The position numbers and the translations under genes are program-made. From positions 129,176-193,175 of the forward strand of contig JAAOMT010000778.1 of assembly GCA_016748015.1 (NCBI GenBank): a stretch of DNA of 64,000 bases, given 5' to 3'. Below the pieces are notes generated by a model that did no database searches, had not been told where the DNA came from, and saw nothing but the letters and a program-made list of their open reading frames with translations. The stretch comes from Geosiphon pyriformis uo1. Lineage: Eukaryota > Fungi > Glomeromycota. This document shows, piece by piece, positions 14,987-27,702 of the stretch (within the stretch, counting starts at the first letter, position 1; each line of letters opens with the position of its first letter).

Positions 14987-16438
14987 AATACCAACCCAAA
15001 TAATCAGCAAAAATTAGGTATAAATAAATACACTATTTTCAAAACAGAGATATCTTTAATCAACATAAACAATTATTTCTTGGATTAAAATATTCAAAAT
15101 GTTTTTTATACTCTTCATAAATATTGGATTAAAAACTATTCAAATATTACTTTGATTATTAAATAACAGACCACTATAACTGATAATAATAGAATACATA
15201 CTGTTATTAAACCAAAAAAAACCATTACCAGAAAAGAAAAAATTGGTAGCAAAATGAATAAATATATGCTAAAAAGTATAATAACAATGATATTTTTACT
15301 TTTTAACACAATTGAAAAAACAATCCAAGAAATCTTGTTTATAAACAAAAACTTGTCATATAAAAGACAATTAAACTTCTATGGTTATCTTGGTGAAATT
15401 ATAGAAGATATAAAACTTATGAAGAAAACAACTTTAAAGATACAGGTAGAAATTTTAGACATTATATAGTTAAATGTTTCAAGAGTTTTGACTATTGCTA
15501 AAAAAACCAAAACTTTTATACAAAGATTTGGTTTCTTGGATACAAATCTCATTTTACCTTAGGTATTATATATTTTATCTACAAAAAACTTTAATAAACA
15601 AGTTAGTTTTAAGCTAGACAAAACTCTTTAATTAAATTATCTCATAAATAGCTTGATTTTGCCAGAGTTCAATCTCTTTGGAGAGGATAATGTTATGGTT
15701 AAAATCCATACTTTTTATTAGTTAACATATGTATTAGTCACTAATATCATATAATTAGCTACTCTATTTTTAGATAGTAATTATTGACTTGATCAATAAC
15801 TTGACTATTAACCTAATCATTGATCTAATCATTAACTTGATCAATAACTTGATTATTAATCTTATCATTGACTTGATCATTAACTTAGTCATTGACCACT
15901 TTCAATAGCTATATAAGTAATAAGTTTTTTAGCTATAAAAAAACATAATTAAAGTAATAAAATAAAACTTACTATCAATTATTTTCTTTTATATTGCTTA
16001 TTTTTTTTTTCCTATTTTCAAATATCTGAACATCTTAGAATAAAAAATTACTTGTTGGCATTCACATATCTTATCTTTTTTTTTTCTTGATTTGTATTGT
16101 TAGAATTAACTTAAGAAGCAATTGCTTGCTTTTGTAATTTATTGAATAAAAAAACAATTAAAAAGCATAACAATACCTGTTATTAATTCTAAAAATTATT
16201 GAGTTGAGACATAGAATAATAGCAGTAGTATTATTTTGTTGACAATTACAGACTATTCTTTTATTTTCAGATTTCCAGAAAAATTTTATAACTGTGATTT
16301 TTATAAGACTAATTATGCTATTGAATTTTTACTTATTCAATTTATTTTTATATTGTAATTATCTCTTTGATTATTTTCATCACTTTATAATTCTGTTTTC
16401 TCTTGCTATCTATTAATTTGTTACTTCAATTTATAATA
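14987..16438 (+). mobile_element. 3' fragment of a family-B Gypsy: integrase tail, ORF3 (15065-15721, degenerate), PPT, 3' LTR (15691-16438)
   Basis: Colinear with 40428-41820. PPT ggagaggataa precedes TGTTATGG. Confidence 0.85.
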
Positions 16439-17822
16439 ATATATAACAACTCTACTTTTCAACTTACCAAAATAAATTTATTGTCAGTATTATTCAATAT
16501 TATTAAAGATTTAAAATCTAAAATAATAGAATTTAATAACCCAAATAGTCCAAATATTAATATATTTGATAAATATAATTTTCAAAATAAAGTATAAAAC
16601 TATTTTAATAAGTTTGAGTAGACAAAAAAAAAAAAACAGCTAAATATATGGTCTTAAAATATGTGTTGTTACTCATAGAATATAGAAATTAAATATTAGT
16701 ACATAAATTAGCCAATCAAAATAGACATAGTAAAAGTGGAATTCCAAGATTCTTTTTAGAGAAATTGCAGAATTCCAGAATTACAGAATTCCTGTATGAA
16801 AAATTACAGAATTTCAGAAATTCTAGGATTCTTGGCTAGAAAATTGAAGAATTCAAGGAATTTTATACAATGAAATTTATGTATATATAGCAGTAGTATC
16901 AAAAGCTAGAAAATTAGTCAAGAAAACTTAAAATCAATTAGACTTTTAAAGTTTATTAGACTTACAGATCATAATTATTAAATATTCTTCCTTTAAAAGA
17001 TAGAATATTATAACTTGAAGTGAAATTACTTTCATATTAATAAAATTATCTATTATTTTTAAATCCATGTTATTGTTGTTTGTTTAAAAATCTAATCACT
17101 TTTCTATTTATTAACACTTCATGTTGATAAAATCCAATACTTAATCATACTAAAACAATAGCTCTTGATTATAGCTATTAATGAAATACTAATTTTTTAT
17201 TTTTTTTTCTTTATTTCTTTATTTTCTTTTATTCTTTTTATTTTATTTTATTTTATTTTGTTGTTTATTAAATTGATTAAAAAAATTAAGCACTGAGTTA
17301 TTGACATCATGGATAGCTTGGTAAAAGACCCAGAAATAAGAGTATAAGATTTATAAATTAACAAATAGCTTACCAGAAGAGCATGACTGCCAAAATAAAC
17401 CAGCCATCATGTTGAAGAAAAAAATTTAATGGAATTGCAATTTTGGGAGGCTACTGATAAAACAACTATTAAATCTTTGTCTATTATACAAAAGACTCAA
17501 CCAAAACCTTTAGATAACCAAAACCTTCAAATATTATCAACCATATTAGTTATTAAGCACCAAGTTATGCATTTGTTATTTGATTTAAAATCCCAAATAA
17601 TCACTTGTAATATTTGGTGCTCCCTGTAAGGTATAATCCAACAGAGAACCAGTACTAATAACAACCATGCAGAAAAGTGGCAAACCAAAAAAAAACAAAG
17701 AAAAATCACTTAAGATTTGTGAAATTTTTATTTTACCATTACTTTTGTAAAACTTGTTAAATTAAAAACTCTAATTATTCAAAACCTGATTATTAAAACC
17801 CCAAACATTTGAAACTTACTAT

Positions 17823-20800
17823 TGTTATGGGTAAACTTGGTGGGGTATAGTGATAATATTTGGTGCTCTAATTTAGTGTTCTAAGATTGTATGTTTTTCA
17901 TAGGGTTGATGTTTATCAGTCTTTAAAGGTCTTTTCTGAATGTCAATTTACCTGTTGAGTTTTTTGGTTATAAGACACAGAGGTTTGATTTTTGCTGATT
18001 GCAACTTCTTTAAAAATGTAAACTATTTTTTTCAAGCTAACGAGCACAGTTGTTAAGATCTGGTATTATCTTTTTACTCTTCTAGTAAGCTAACAAGATA
18101 ATGTTAATATCCAAAACTTAGAAAGAGCCTTTCTCTTTTACCAGGCTATCATGAAGTCTATTTCCAGACAGTCAATTTTTCTATATTGCTGCTTTACAAG
18201 AAAAAAATAAAAAAATAAAATAAAATAAAAGAAAATAAAAGAAAATAAAAAAATAAAAAAAATAAAATAAGAAATAAATGTCCTGTCAATAGCTATGATC
18301 AAGAGCTATTGTGCCAGCAGATTAAGTAATAGATAATAACATGAATTTGAAAAATTGAAGAGATATTTTATTGATATAATTCCATTTTGGTTAATAGCAA
18401 CTATCTTTGAAAGAAAGAGTATTTAATAATTATGACCTGCGAGTCTAATTGACTCTGAAAGTTTAATTGACTTCTGAAAGTTTAATTTTCTTTTTGGATG
18501 TCTTTTTAACTTCTACAGCTACTCATTTTATACATTCTTTTTGTTTTATAAGATTGTTTCTGATTGTTTTATTATTGCTAATTATTGCTTTGCTATTTTT
18601 GTAATTGCTTCATTTTTCTATGTTATTACTAGTTATTCTATGTTATAATATGTTATCTGGTGTTATTATATGTTATTCTGTGTTATCCTACATTATAATG
18701 CATTATCTTGTATTATCCTGCATTATTCTAAGTTATAATGTATTATTCAACATTATTGTATGCTATTTTGTGTTATGTCACGTTTTGGTCATGTTTTTTC
18801 ATAACTTTGAATCAGTTTTTCTACTCAGGTAACATTATCTTTTTCTTTTAAAATTGAGCTTCTGCAAAATCATAAATTTTTTTTTGTATTAATGTTGTTG
18901 CTGTAATTTCTATTGCTATTTTTAAATCTAATTTTATATGTGACTGGGGTTTTTTTTTAACTATAGTGGTCTGTTTAGAATATTCAAGTTTAAATCTTGC
19001 ATCTGTATGTCCTCATTATTATTGCTGAATTAAGTTAATTTCTGTTCTATTGTAAGATTTAAAAACATGATATATTGTTTGGTGTTTAAAGTAAAGTTTG
19101 AATCATTGTTGTCATTGTTGGTGGAGTTTGAATTATTGTTGTTATTATCAGTGGAGTTTGAATTGGAATTAAATTCCGATTCCAATTCTTGCTGATTGGT
19201 TTATCTTCCTTGGAATTTGAATATATGATGCATAGAAGTAGATTGTAACTTGGAGCTGTTAGGTGAGTTTTGATGATTTGTTAATCAATTTTGGTACTAC
19301 TGATTCTCAAATTCCTTTTTTTTCTCTAAGTTTTTTTTGTATTAACACTTTCTCAATGCTGACTTTTGGCATGAAAAAAGGCAATCTTCACACCAGTAAG
19401 TATGAATCTGAGTAGTTTTTTTCTGGAATTTTTCCAATGGGTTTTTAAATAATTGGAATTTTGAATTTCTAAAGGTTTGATGAGTTTTATCTAAGGTAAG
19501 TTTCCTTGTACAATAGCAGGGTTGAACTTATTAGGTTTTAAATATTTAAGTTTTGAATGATCAAGTTTTGAATAATCAGAGTTTTAACTTTAACAAGTTT
19601 TACCAAAGGTAAGTTTTTTTCTACACTAGCAGGGTTAAAATTTATCAAGTTTTGAATGTTCGGATTTTGAATTATTAGGTCTTAAAGAATTGGAGTTTTA
19701 ACAAGTTTTATTGAAGGTAAGTTTCTTTATATAATAGCAGAGTTGAAATTATTGGGTTTTGAATAATTTTTGAAGTTTTTAATTTAATAAGTTTATTATA
19801 GATAAGTTTTTTATACAGCAGAGTTGGAATTATCAGGTTTCAAATAATTTTTGGAGTTTTTAATTTAACAAGTTTATCAAAAGTAAGTTTTTTATATAAT
19901 AGTAGGGTTGAAATTATCAGTTTTCGAATAATTTTTGGAGTTTTAATTTTAACAAATTTTTAATGAATTTATTAATAGTAATTTTTGAATGTTCAGAGTT
20001 TTAATGATCAGATCTTGAATAATTGGAGTTTTAATTTAACAAGTTTTTTAAAGGAAATGCTAAAATAAAAATTTTATGAATCTTAAGTAATTTTTTTCTT
20101 GTTTTTTCTTGGTCTTTCACTTTTGTAAATTTCTGGGATGTTCTGTCTTTGTGGATTTTATAACTTTACAGGGAGCACCAAATATTATGAATAAACTTGG
20201 TAAAGTATGGTAATAACATTTAATGCTCTAATTTAGTGTTCTAAGGTTGTATGTTTTTTACAGAGTTGATATTTATCAGTCTTTGAAGATTTTTTTTGGA
20301 TGTTAATTTATCTGTTGAGTTCTTTGGTTATAAGACACAGAGGTTTGGTTTTTGCTGATTGCAACTTCTTTAAAAATGTGAACTATCTTTTCCAAGCTAA
20401 TGAGTGCAGTTGTTAAGATCTGGTGTTGTCTTTTTGCCTTTCTGGTAAACTAACAAGATAATGTTAATATCCAAAACTTAGGAGGAGCCTCTTTCTTTTA
20501 TCAGACTATCACAAAGTCTATTTTCAGACAGTCAATTTTTCTATGTTGCCACTTCACAAAAAAAAAATAAAAAAATAAAAAAAAAATAAAAAAAAATAAA
20601 AAAATAAAGAAAATAAAATAAGAAATAAGTGTCTTGTCAATAGTTATGATAAAGAGCTATTGTGCCAGCAAGTTAAGTAGTGGATAATAACATGAATTTA
20701 AAGAATTGAAGAGATATTTTATTGATATAATTCCATTTTTGTTGATAGCAACTATCCTTGAAAGGAGAAGTATTTAATAATTATAACCTGTAAGTTTAAT

Positions 20801-21175
20801 TGACTCTGAAAGTTTAATTGACTTCTGAAAGTTTAATTTTCTTTTTGGATGTCTTTCTAACTTCTACAGCTACTTATTTTATACATTTTTTTTGTTTTAT
20901 AAGATTGCTTTTAATTGTTCTGTTATTGCTAACTATTGCTTTGCTATTTCTGTAATTGCTTTATTTTTCTATATTATTACTAGTTATCCTATGTTATAAC
21001 ATATTATCTGGTGTTATTACATGTTATTCTGTGTTATCTTATATTATAATATATTATCCTGTATTATTCTAAGTTATAATGCATTATCCAATGTTATTAC
21101 ATACTATTTTGTATTATGTTATGTTTTGGGCATGTTTTTTTATAACTTTGGATTGGTTTTTCTACTCAGATAACA
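17823..21175 (-). mobile_element. Non-autonomous LTR element D, nested in C
   Basis: LTRs 20183-21175 (5') and 17823-18834 (3'); PBS on minus strand at ~20164-20180; PPT at 18835-18849; TSD ctat/ctgt. The ~1.35 kb internal region has a related tandem array (~19480-20050) and a dUTPase stub (~18880-19110). Confidence 0.9.
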
Positions 21176-22200
21176 CTGTTAATAAATTTGTTAAAAAACT
21201 TATTAAATTAAAAACTTCAATTATTTAAAACCTGATTATTAAAACCCTAGACATTCAAAAATTACCATTGATAAATTTGTTAAAACTCATTAAATTAAAA
21301 ACTCTGATTATTCAAAACCCAATCATTAAAAACCCAAACATTTGAAACTTACCATTAATAAATTTATTAAAAACTCATTAAATTAAAACTTCGATTATTT
21401 AAAATCTGATTATTAAAACTCCAAACATTCAAAAATTACCATTGATAAATTCATTAAAACTCATTAAATTAAAAACTCTGATTATTTAAAACCCAATCAT
21501 TAAAACCCCGAACATTTAAAACTTACTGTTAATAAATTCATTAAAAACTCATTAAATTAAAACTTTGATTATTCAAGACCTGATTGTTAAAACCCTGAAC
21601 ATTTGAAAATTACCATTGATAAATTCATTAAAACTTATTAAATTAAAAATGTTAATTATTCAAAACCTGATCATTAAAACCCCAAACATTCAAAAAATTA
21701 CTATTGATAAATTTGTTAAAAACTCATTAAATTAAAAAATACTGATTATTCAAAACCCAATCATTAAAACCCTGAACATTCAAAAAATTACCATTGATAA
21801 ATTTGTTAAAACTCATTAAATTAAAAAATGCCAATTATTCAAAACCCAATCATTAAAACTCCGAACATTCAAAACTTACCTTTGATAAATTCATTAAAAA
21901 CTTGTTAAATTAAAATGCCAATTATTCAAAACCCAATTGTTAAAACTCCAAACATTTGAAACTTACCTTTGATAAACTCATTAAAACTCTGATTATTCAA
22001 GACTTGATCATTCAAAAACTCAAACATTCAAAACCTGATAATTTTAACCTGCTATCATACAAAAAAACTTACCATTGATAAAACTTATTAAACTTTTAGC
22101 AATTTAAACTCCAGAAATTATTCAAAAATCCAAACATTCAAAGTTCAATAAATTCCAAATTCACGATTATACAAAGAAACTTACCTTTGATAATCCAATA
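21176..22200 (+). repeat. ~87-bp tandem array (about 10 full + 2 degenerate units; one more unit at ~17735-17822)
   Basis: Unit starts at 21176, 21265, 21352, 21439, 21526, 21613, 21701, 21791, 21879, 21966. Consensus ccattgataaattcattaaaactcattaaattaaaaactccgattattcaaaacccaatcattaaaaccccgaacattcaaaaatta. Confidence 0.92.
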
Positions 22201-24777
22201 AAATCTAATTCTCACAGTACCAATAAATCAGCAAAACTCACCTGATGATTCTGAGTAAGAATATTGGAACAAAGTCACAATCAACTCCCATGTGTCATAT
22301 ATTCAAAGAAGAGCCAATTAGCAAGAACAAATAGGAATCAGAATCAGAACTTAATTCCAATTTAAACTTCACTAATGACAGCAATAATTCAAACTTCACT
22401 AATGTCAACAACAATTCAAACTCTACTAATGACAACAATGATTTAAACTCTGTTGATAATGACAACAATTCAAACTCTGTTGATAACAACAACAATTCAA
22501 ACTCCACTAAATAACAATGATAATTCAAACTCTGCCAACAACAAATTCAAACTCCACTTCAAACACCAAATAATATATCATGCTTTTAGATCTTACAATA
22601 GAGCAGAAATTAACTAAATTCAATGATAATAATAAGGGTATTATGTCTGAACATACATAATACAGATACAAAATTTGAAATTGGAGACCACTATAGTTAA
22701 AAACCCCAGTCATGTATAAAATTAAAAAAAAAAAACAATAGAAATTACAACAACAACATTAATACAAAAGAGAGATTTAGAAAATTTCACAGGAGTTCAA
22801 TATTAAAGGAAAGAATAATATTACTTATAGAATATAGGAATTAAATATTAGTACATAAATTAGCCAATCAGAATAGACATAGTAAAAGTAGAATTCCAAG
22901 ATTTCTTTTAGAGAAATTGCAGGATTTTAGAATTACAGGATTCTTATATAAAGAATTACAGAATTCCAAGAATTCTAAGATTCTTGGCTAGAAAATTGAG
23001 GAATTTAAGAAATCTTGTATAATGAAATTTATGTATATATAACAGTAGTATCAAAAGCTAGAAAATTAGTCAAAAAGACTTAAAGTCAATTAAACTTTCA
23101 GAGTTTATTAGACTTGTAAATCATAATTATTAAATACACTTTCTTCAAAAAATAGAATACTATAACTTGAAGTGAAATCACTCTTATATTAATAAAATTA
23201 TCCATTATTCTTAAATCCATGTTATTGTTGTTTGTTTGAAAATCCAATCACTTTTCCATTTATCAATACTTTATGTTAATAAAATCCAATACTTAACCAC
23301 ACTGAAACAATAACTCTTAATCACAGCTATTGATAGAATACTAAGTTCTTATTTTCTTTTCTTTATTTCTTTATTTTCTTTTGTTGTTTACTAAATTGAT
23401 TAAAAGGATTAAGTGCTGAGTTATTAATGTCATAAATAGTCTGGTAAAAAACCCAGAAATAAGGGTATAAGATTTATAAATTAATGAATAACTTATCAGA
23501 AGAGCATAACTACCAGAATAAACTGGTTATTACACTAAAGAAAAAAATTTGACAGAATTGTAATTCCAAAAGACTACTGATAAAACAACTATTGAATCTC
23601 TGTTCATTATATAAAGGACTTAACCAAAACCTTCAGATATCATTAATTATATTAGTTATTAAGCACCAAATTATGGGTTTGTTATTTGATTTAAGACTCC
23701 AAATAATCATCTGTAATAGTGTATAAACTATTTTCTTGTGAAATTATAGACACTACCAAACTCTTTTATAATATTATTTAATGACTTTTTATTGACAATA
23801 TATGTTATAATAAAAGAATATTATAAAAAAAGACAAAATGTTTAGAAAGATTACAAGTCAATTGAAAAAATGTTTTAATAGATAAAATTACTATTTTTTT
23901 TTATGCTTTTTGGCCAATTTAATTAGAAAACTGCTTTAATTTTTATGATAACTGCTATTAATATTAATAATAAAAAACTTTATAATATTGTTATGATTGA
24001 GACTTATACTTCTTATTAATTATCACATGTATTAGCCACTGATGTCATATGATTAGCCACACTATTTTTAGAAAGTGATCATTGACCTGATCAATGACCT
24101 GACCATTAACCTAACCGTCGACCTAATTATTAACCTGATCAATGATCTGATCAATGACCTGATCATTAACCTGATTATTGACCTGATTATTGACCACTTT
24201 TGATAGTTATATAAGTGATGAATCTCTTAGTTATAGAAAAGCATGTAATAACAAGTATCTAAATAATCAAAAATAAATAAAATAACAATTTTCATCTTAA
24301 TTTTTCTCCTATCACTAATTTTTTTTTTCCTACCTTCAAGTATCTGAACATCTTAAAGATAAAAAATTACTTGTTGGCCTTTTTCTGACATATATAATTG
24401 TAGCATTTGAAGATTATTTGAATAAACATAACTGAAAAACACAAGTTGATATCTGATATTGAATTCTAAGAGTGCTGATGTAAGGCATAGAATTATACCA
24501 GTGGTGATCAATTGTTGACAGTACGGACTATCCCTCTACCTTCAAATTTCCCAGTTATCTTTGAAAAGAATAGCAACTGAGATATTTTATGAGACTGATC
24601 TTGCACATTGAATCCATACTCATTCAATTCGCTCTTTAAAGTTGAATTCCCCTTTGATTATTTCTATCACCCTACAATCCTGTTCTCCTTTGCTATCCAT
24701 TAGCTTGTTACTCCAACCCATAACATAAAAGTAGTGCTTCCTGTGAGATTGTCAAAATCCACTTTGTTTTTTATTGT

Positions 24778-26329
24778 ATGAGTGATTATTCATATCTGTC
24801 ACAATAATCAAAAGAACACTTTAAAGCATACAACAAAAACAATCTAGACTTTATTGAACTTAATTCTTTGCCCCTCTGCTTGATTTGTTTCCCCATTGAA
24901 GAACAATCCAGCAGACAATTCCAAGACTTTTGGAACTGGTTCCTGAATGAGCATTCAGCTGAAATCTACACAGCTTATACAACTTATTACTTTGACCAAG
25001 CTTATTTTGAAGACAACTTTGAAGAAAAAAACAACAGTATCAATCAGCTCTTATATTCTACAACCTTTGAACAACAGCCTCCTGATCTTGAATATCTGAA
25101 TCATCAAATTTACATTTGGATTGCTGACCATTAATCAATAGTAACTCCCTTTGAAACAGAAGAAAAAAGCTACCAAACAGCCCCTATTTTTGATCTCTTC
25201 TTAAGTGAATCAGAGCACTTCACACAAACAGTTACCCCTAAATCAATAGCTAATGACCCCATGTAAACAAACATTCTGGCCACTCTCCAAGATATACAAA
25301 CTGCTCTAAAAGAAGAAACAATACCCCACTACCACTATTTAGAGATGATACACAAGATCCAATTGAATAATTGAATGATTTTGAAAGAGCTGCCACAGCC
25401 AACCAGTATGATGAAGAATACAAGTTCCAAATCGTTGATGGCTACCTTCAAGGCTCTCCTGCTACCTGGTTCTCACAGGAAACTGATGCTAATGCTCATC
25501 AAAGAATCATTAGATGAATGCCAGCAAATGCCGGAGAAAACAACACTTCTTTCACAACCCAGTTTGAAAACAAGTTCAGAACTCCAATCTTGATATCCAA
25601 ATAGTACATGGAATTAGAAAGAAGAACTCAAGGCCCTGGTGAAATTGTAACTGAATATGCTAAAGCAATCAGAAAGTTAATCAAGCATGTAGACTCTAGA
25701 AGAAATTGGACAGAAGAGCAAAAGATTCATTCCTTCACAAAAAAATTGAGAACCAATTTATCTTATGCTCTTTGCCTCTTTTGGCCCTGAAAGACAATCC
25801 TACAATAAACATGACCATTGAACTTGCCCAATGAATTGAAGACAACCAAAAAATACATTTGGGATCTATATTTCTAGTTTTTGCTCTTGCTTCTGTTATG
25901 GTTCTTGCTCCTTAAATGGCTGCTGTCTCTTTTGCTGCCCAAACTCAAGATTCAAATGAACAATTAATTGATAGACTCACAGCCAATCTTGCCTGGTTAT
26001 TAAAACCTTTGGCACAAGCAGTTAGAGATAACCAACAACTACAAAGAACCAGATATGAACCACATTTTAATTAGCCCCAGCAACTTCCTTATCAAAAACA
26101 GCAAAATCATGGTCCTTCTGTATGTTATAGATGTGGATTAACTGAACATTTCTCAAGAGATTGCAACAATCTTCCTTTATCTCCTCCAGTTCCCAAAAAT
26201 AATGACAATTAAAACAATAGACCCATTAACAATAATGCTCTCAATCAAAGACCCAACCATACCAACATCAATTTCTTTGGAGAGGATCCTCTAGTTGAAG
26301 CCACAGTCTATCAGTCTTTAAACTGATAG
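24778..26329 (+). pseudogene. Family B gag (copy 1)
   Basis: ATG 24778; ELERRTQGPGE.VTEY capsid motif; knuckle CYRCGLTEHFSRDC. Stops and a frameshift present. Confidence 0.85.
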
Positions 26330-27702
26330 GTGCACTTTCAAAGAGTGAGAATGCAAGCCAACCAGAAAAAAATCCCTTTTTTGCTTTTAACTTAACTGAT
26401 AATAATCATAACATGGATGAATTAGCAATCAACACTTTTGAATCAACCAGAAAAAAGAAGAAAGCCAAGGTTGATTTCATTCTAGATCCTAACAAAGCCT
26501 CAACTTCCACTGCTGATAACAATGAGCCACCAAAAACCAAAGTTTTTAAGAACCCTCCAAAGTTAAAATTCCCAAAAATTGTACAAAAATTTGGACCTTA
26601 TTCTGTTGTCAAAGATCTCATAAAAACCCCAGCACACATTACCTTTGGCCAGTTAATGACCCATCTACAGTTCAGAAAAAATCTCTACAAATCTCTAATT
26701 CCCAAAAAGAAAACACCAAAGACCAATAAACACTCTTGTTAAGCTGGATTTACTGACAACAACAATGTCACTCCTCTAATTTGCAAAGCACAAGTGGCTG
26801 GTTACTTCATTGACTTGATCCTAGACAGTGGATTATCTGTTAGTGTAATTGCCAAACACTTCCTTAAAGCAATTGGCAGAAAAATTGATGAGCCTTCCAC
26901 TCGACCAATAACCAATATACATGGTGACAAGAAGAAAGATCTGGGCATTGCCAAAGCTATTTCTGTTCACATCAATGGCATCAGTATAGAAACTGACATA
27001 AAAGTTTCTGAAGCTAAAGAATACACCATTATTGTTGGCAATAAGTGGCTCAAGAAAGCAAAAGCCTTACTCGACTATGAACTTTGTAAGCTAATCATAA
27101 GATATGGTGAAAAATCCATTGTGGTTAAATATCACTATTGGACAACTCCTCCAGCAACCAAACAAAATCAAGAAGATGAGCAATCAGAGGAATCAGATAA
27201 TGAAGAGAGTGATAAAAAAGATGAATAAGAAAAACAAGAAGAAACTGCTGAACTCACATATACCATTTTCACCAACAATGGCAGGCCACTAAACAATATT
27301 AAAGCTGATAGAAAGGGAATCATTATGAATGGCAAGCTGATCTGCTGGCCCTACTATGATATCTTTAGAAAAACCTTTGACCAAAAACCTGGCAAGAAAG
27401 CCAAGTATTATTATTGGTGATATGGTTCTTGTGCCCAGTGCTGGTGCAACCAACCCTTGTATTCTCCAAGTGATGAATGCAAATCATACCTGATCTATTA
27501 CAAAGATTGGGAACCAATCAGTTTGATACCTAGAGAAGAATTGAAAGAATTCCAAAAATCCTTTGAAAATGAACCACCTGAGATCCAATCACTAGTTGTA
27601 GAACAAAGAGAATCCTCTTCAGAAGAAAAAAAAATAAACATTGAAAATTTGCTGACTAGAAACAGCCCAATTATCTCAAAAGAAGGTAATACTCCTGGAT
27701 GA
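26317..27702 (+). pseudogene. Family B pol, 5' part (aspartic protease + small Cys cluster)
   Basis: LILDSGLSVS and IIVGNKWL protease motifs. Interrupted by element E. Confidence 0.85.

Larger units (their letters stand above)
16667..23718 (+). mobile_element. Non-autonomous LTR element C (LARD-like), hosting nested element D
   Basis: LTRs 16667-17612 and 22819-23718; PBS TGGTGCTCCCTGT(A)AGG at 17615; PPT aaaggaaagaataa; 4-bp TSD gtgt (16663-16666 / 23719-23722). Internal region is a tandem array plus a dUTPase stub, with no pol. Confidence 0.9.

Noticed and set aside
16737-16860. Heat-shock elements in C/E LTRs
   Set aside because: Only isolated TTCnnGAA matches, likely generated by G>A changes in ttccaggaa. 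No run of three correctly spaced nGAAn units.
21176-22200. CRISPR-like array
   Set aside because: Units are contiguous homologous repeats without unique spacers. The context is eukaryotic and there are no cas genes.
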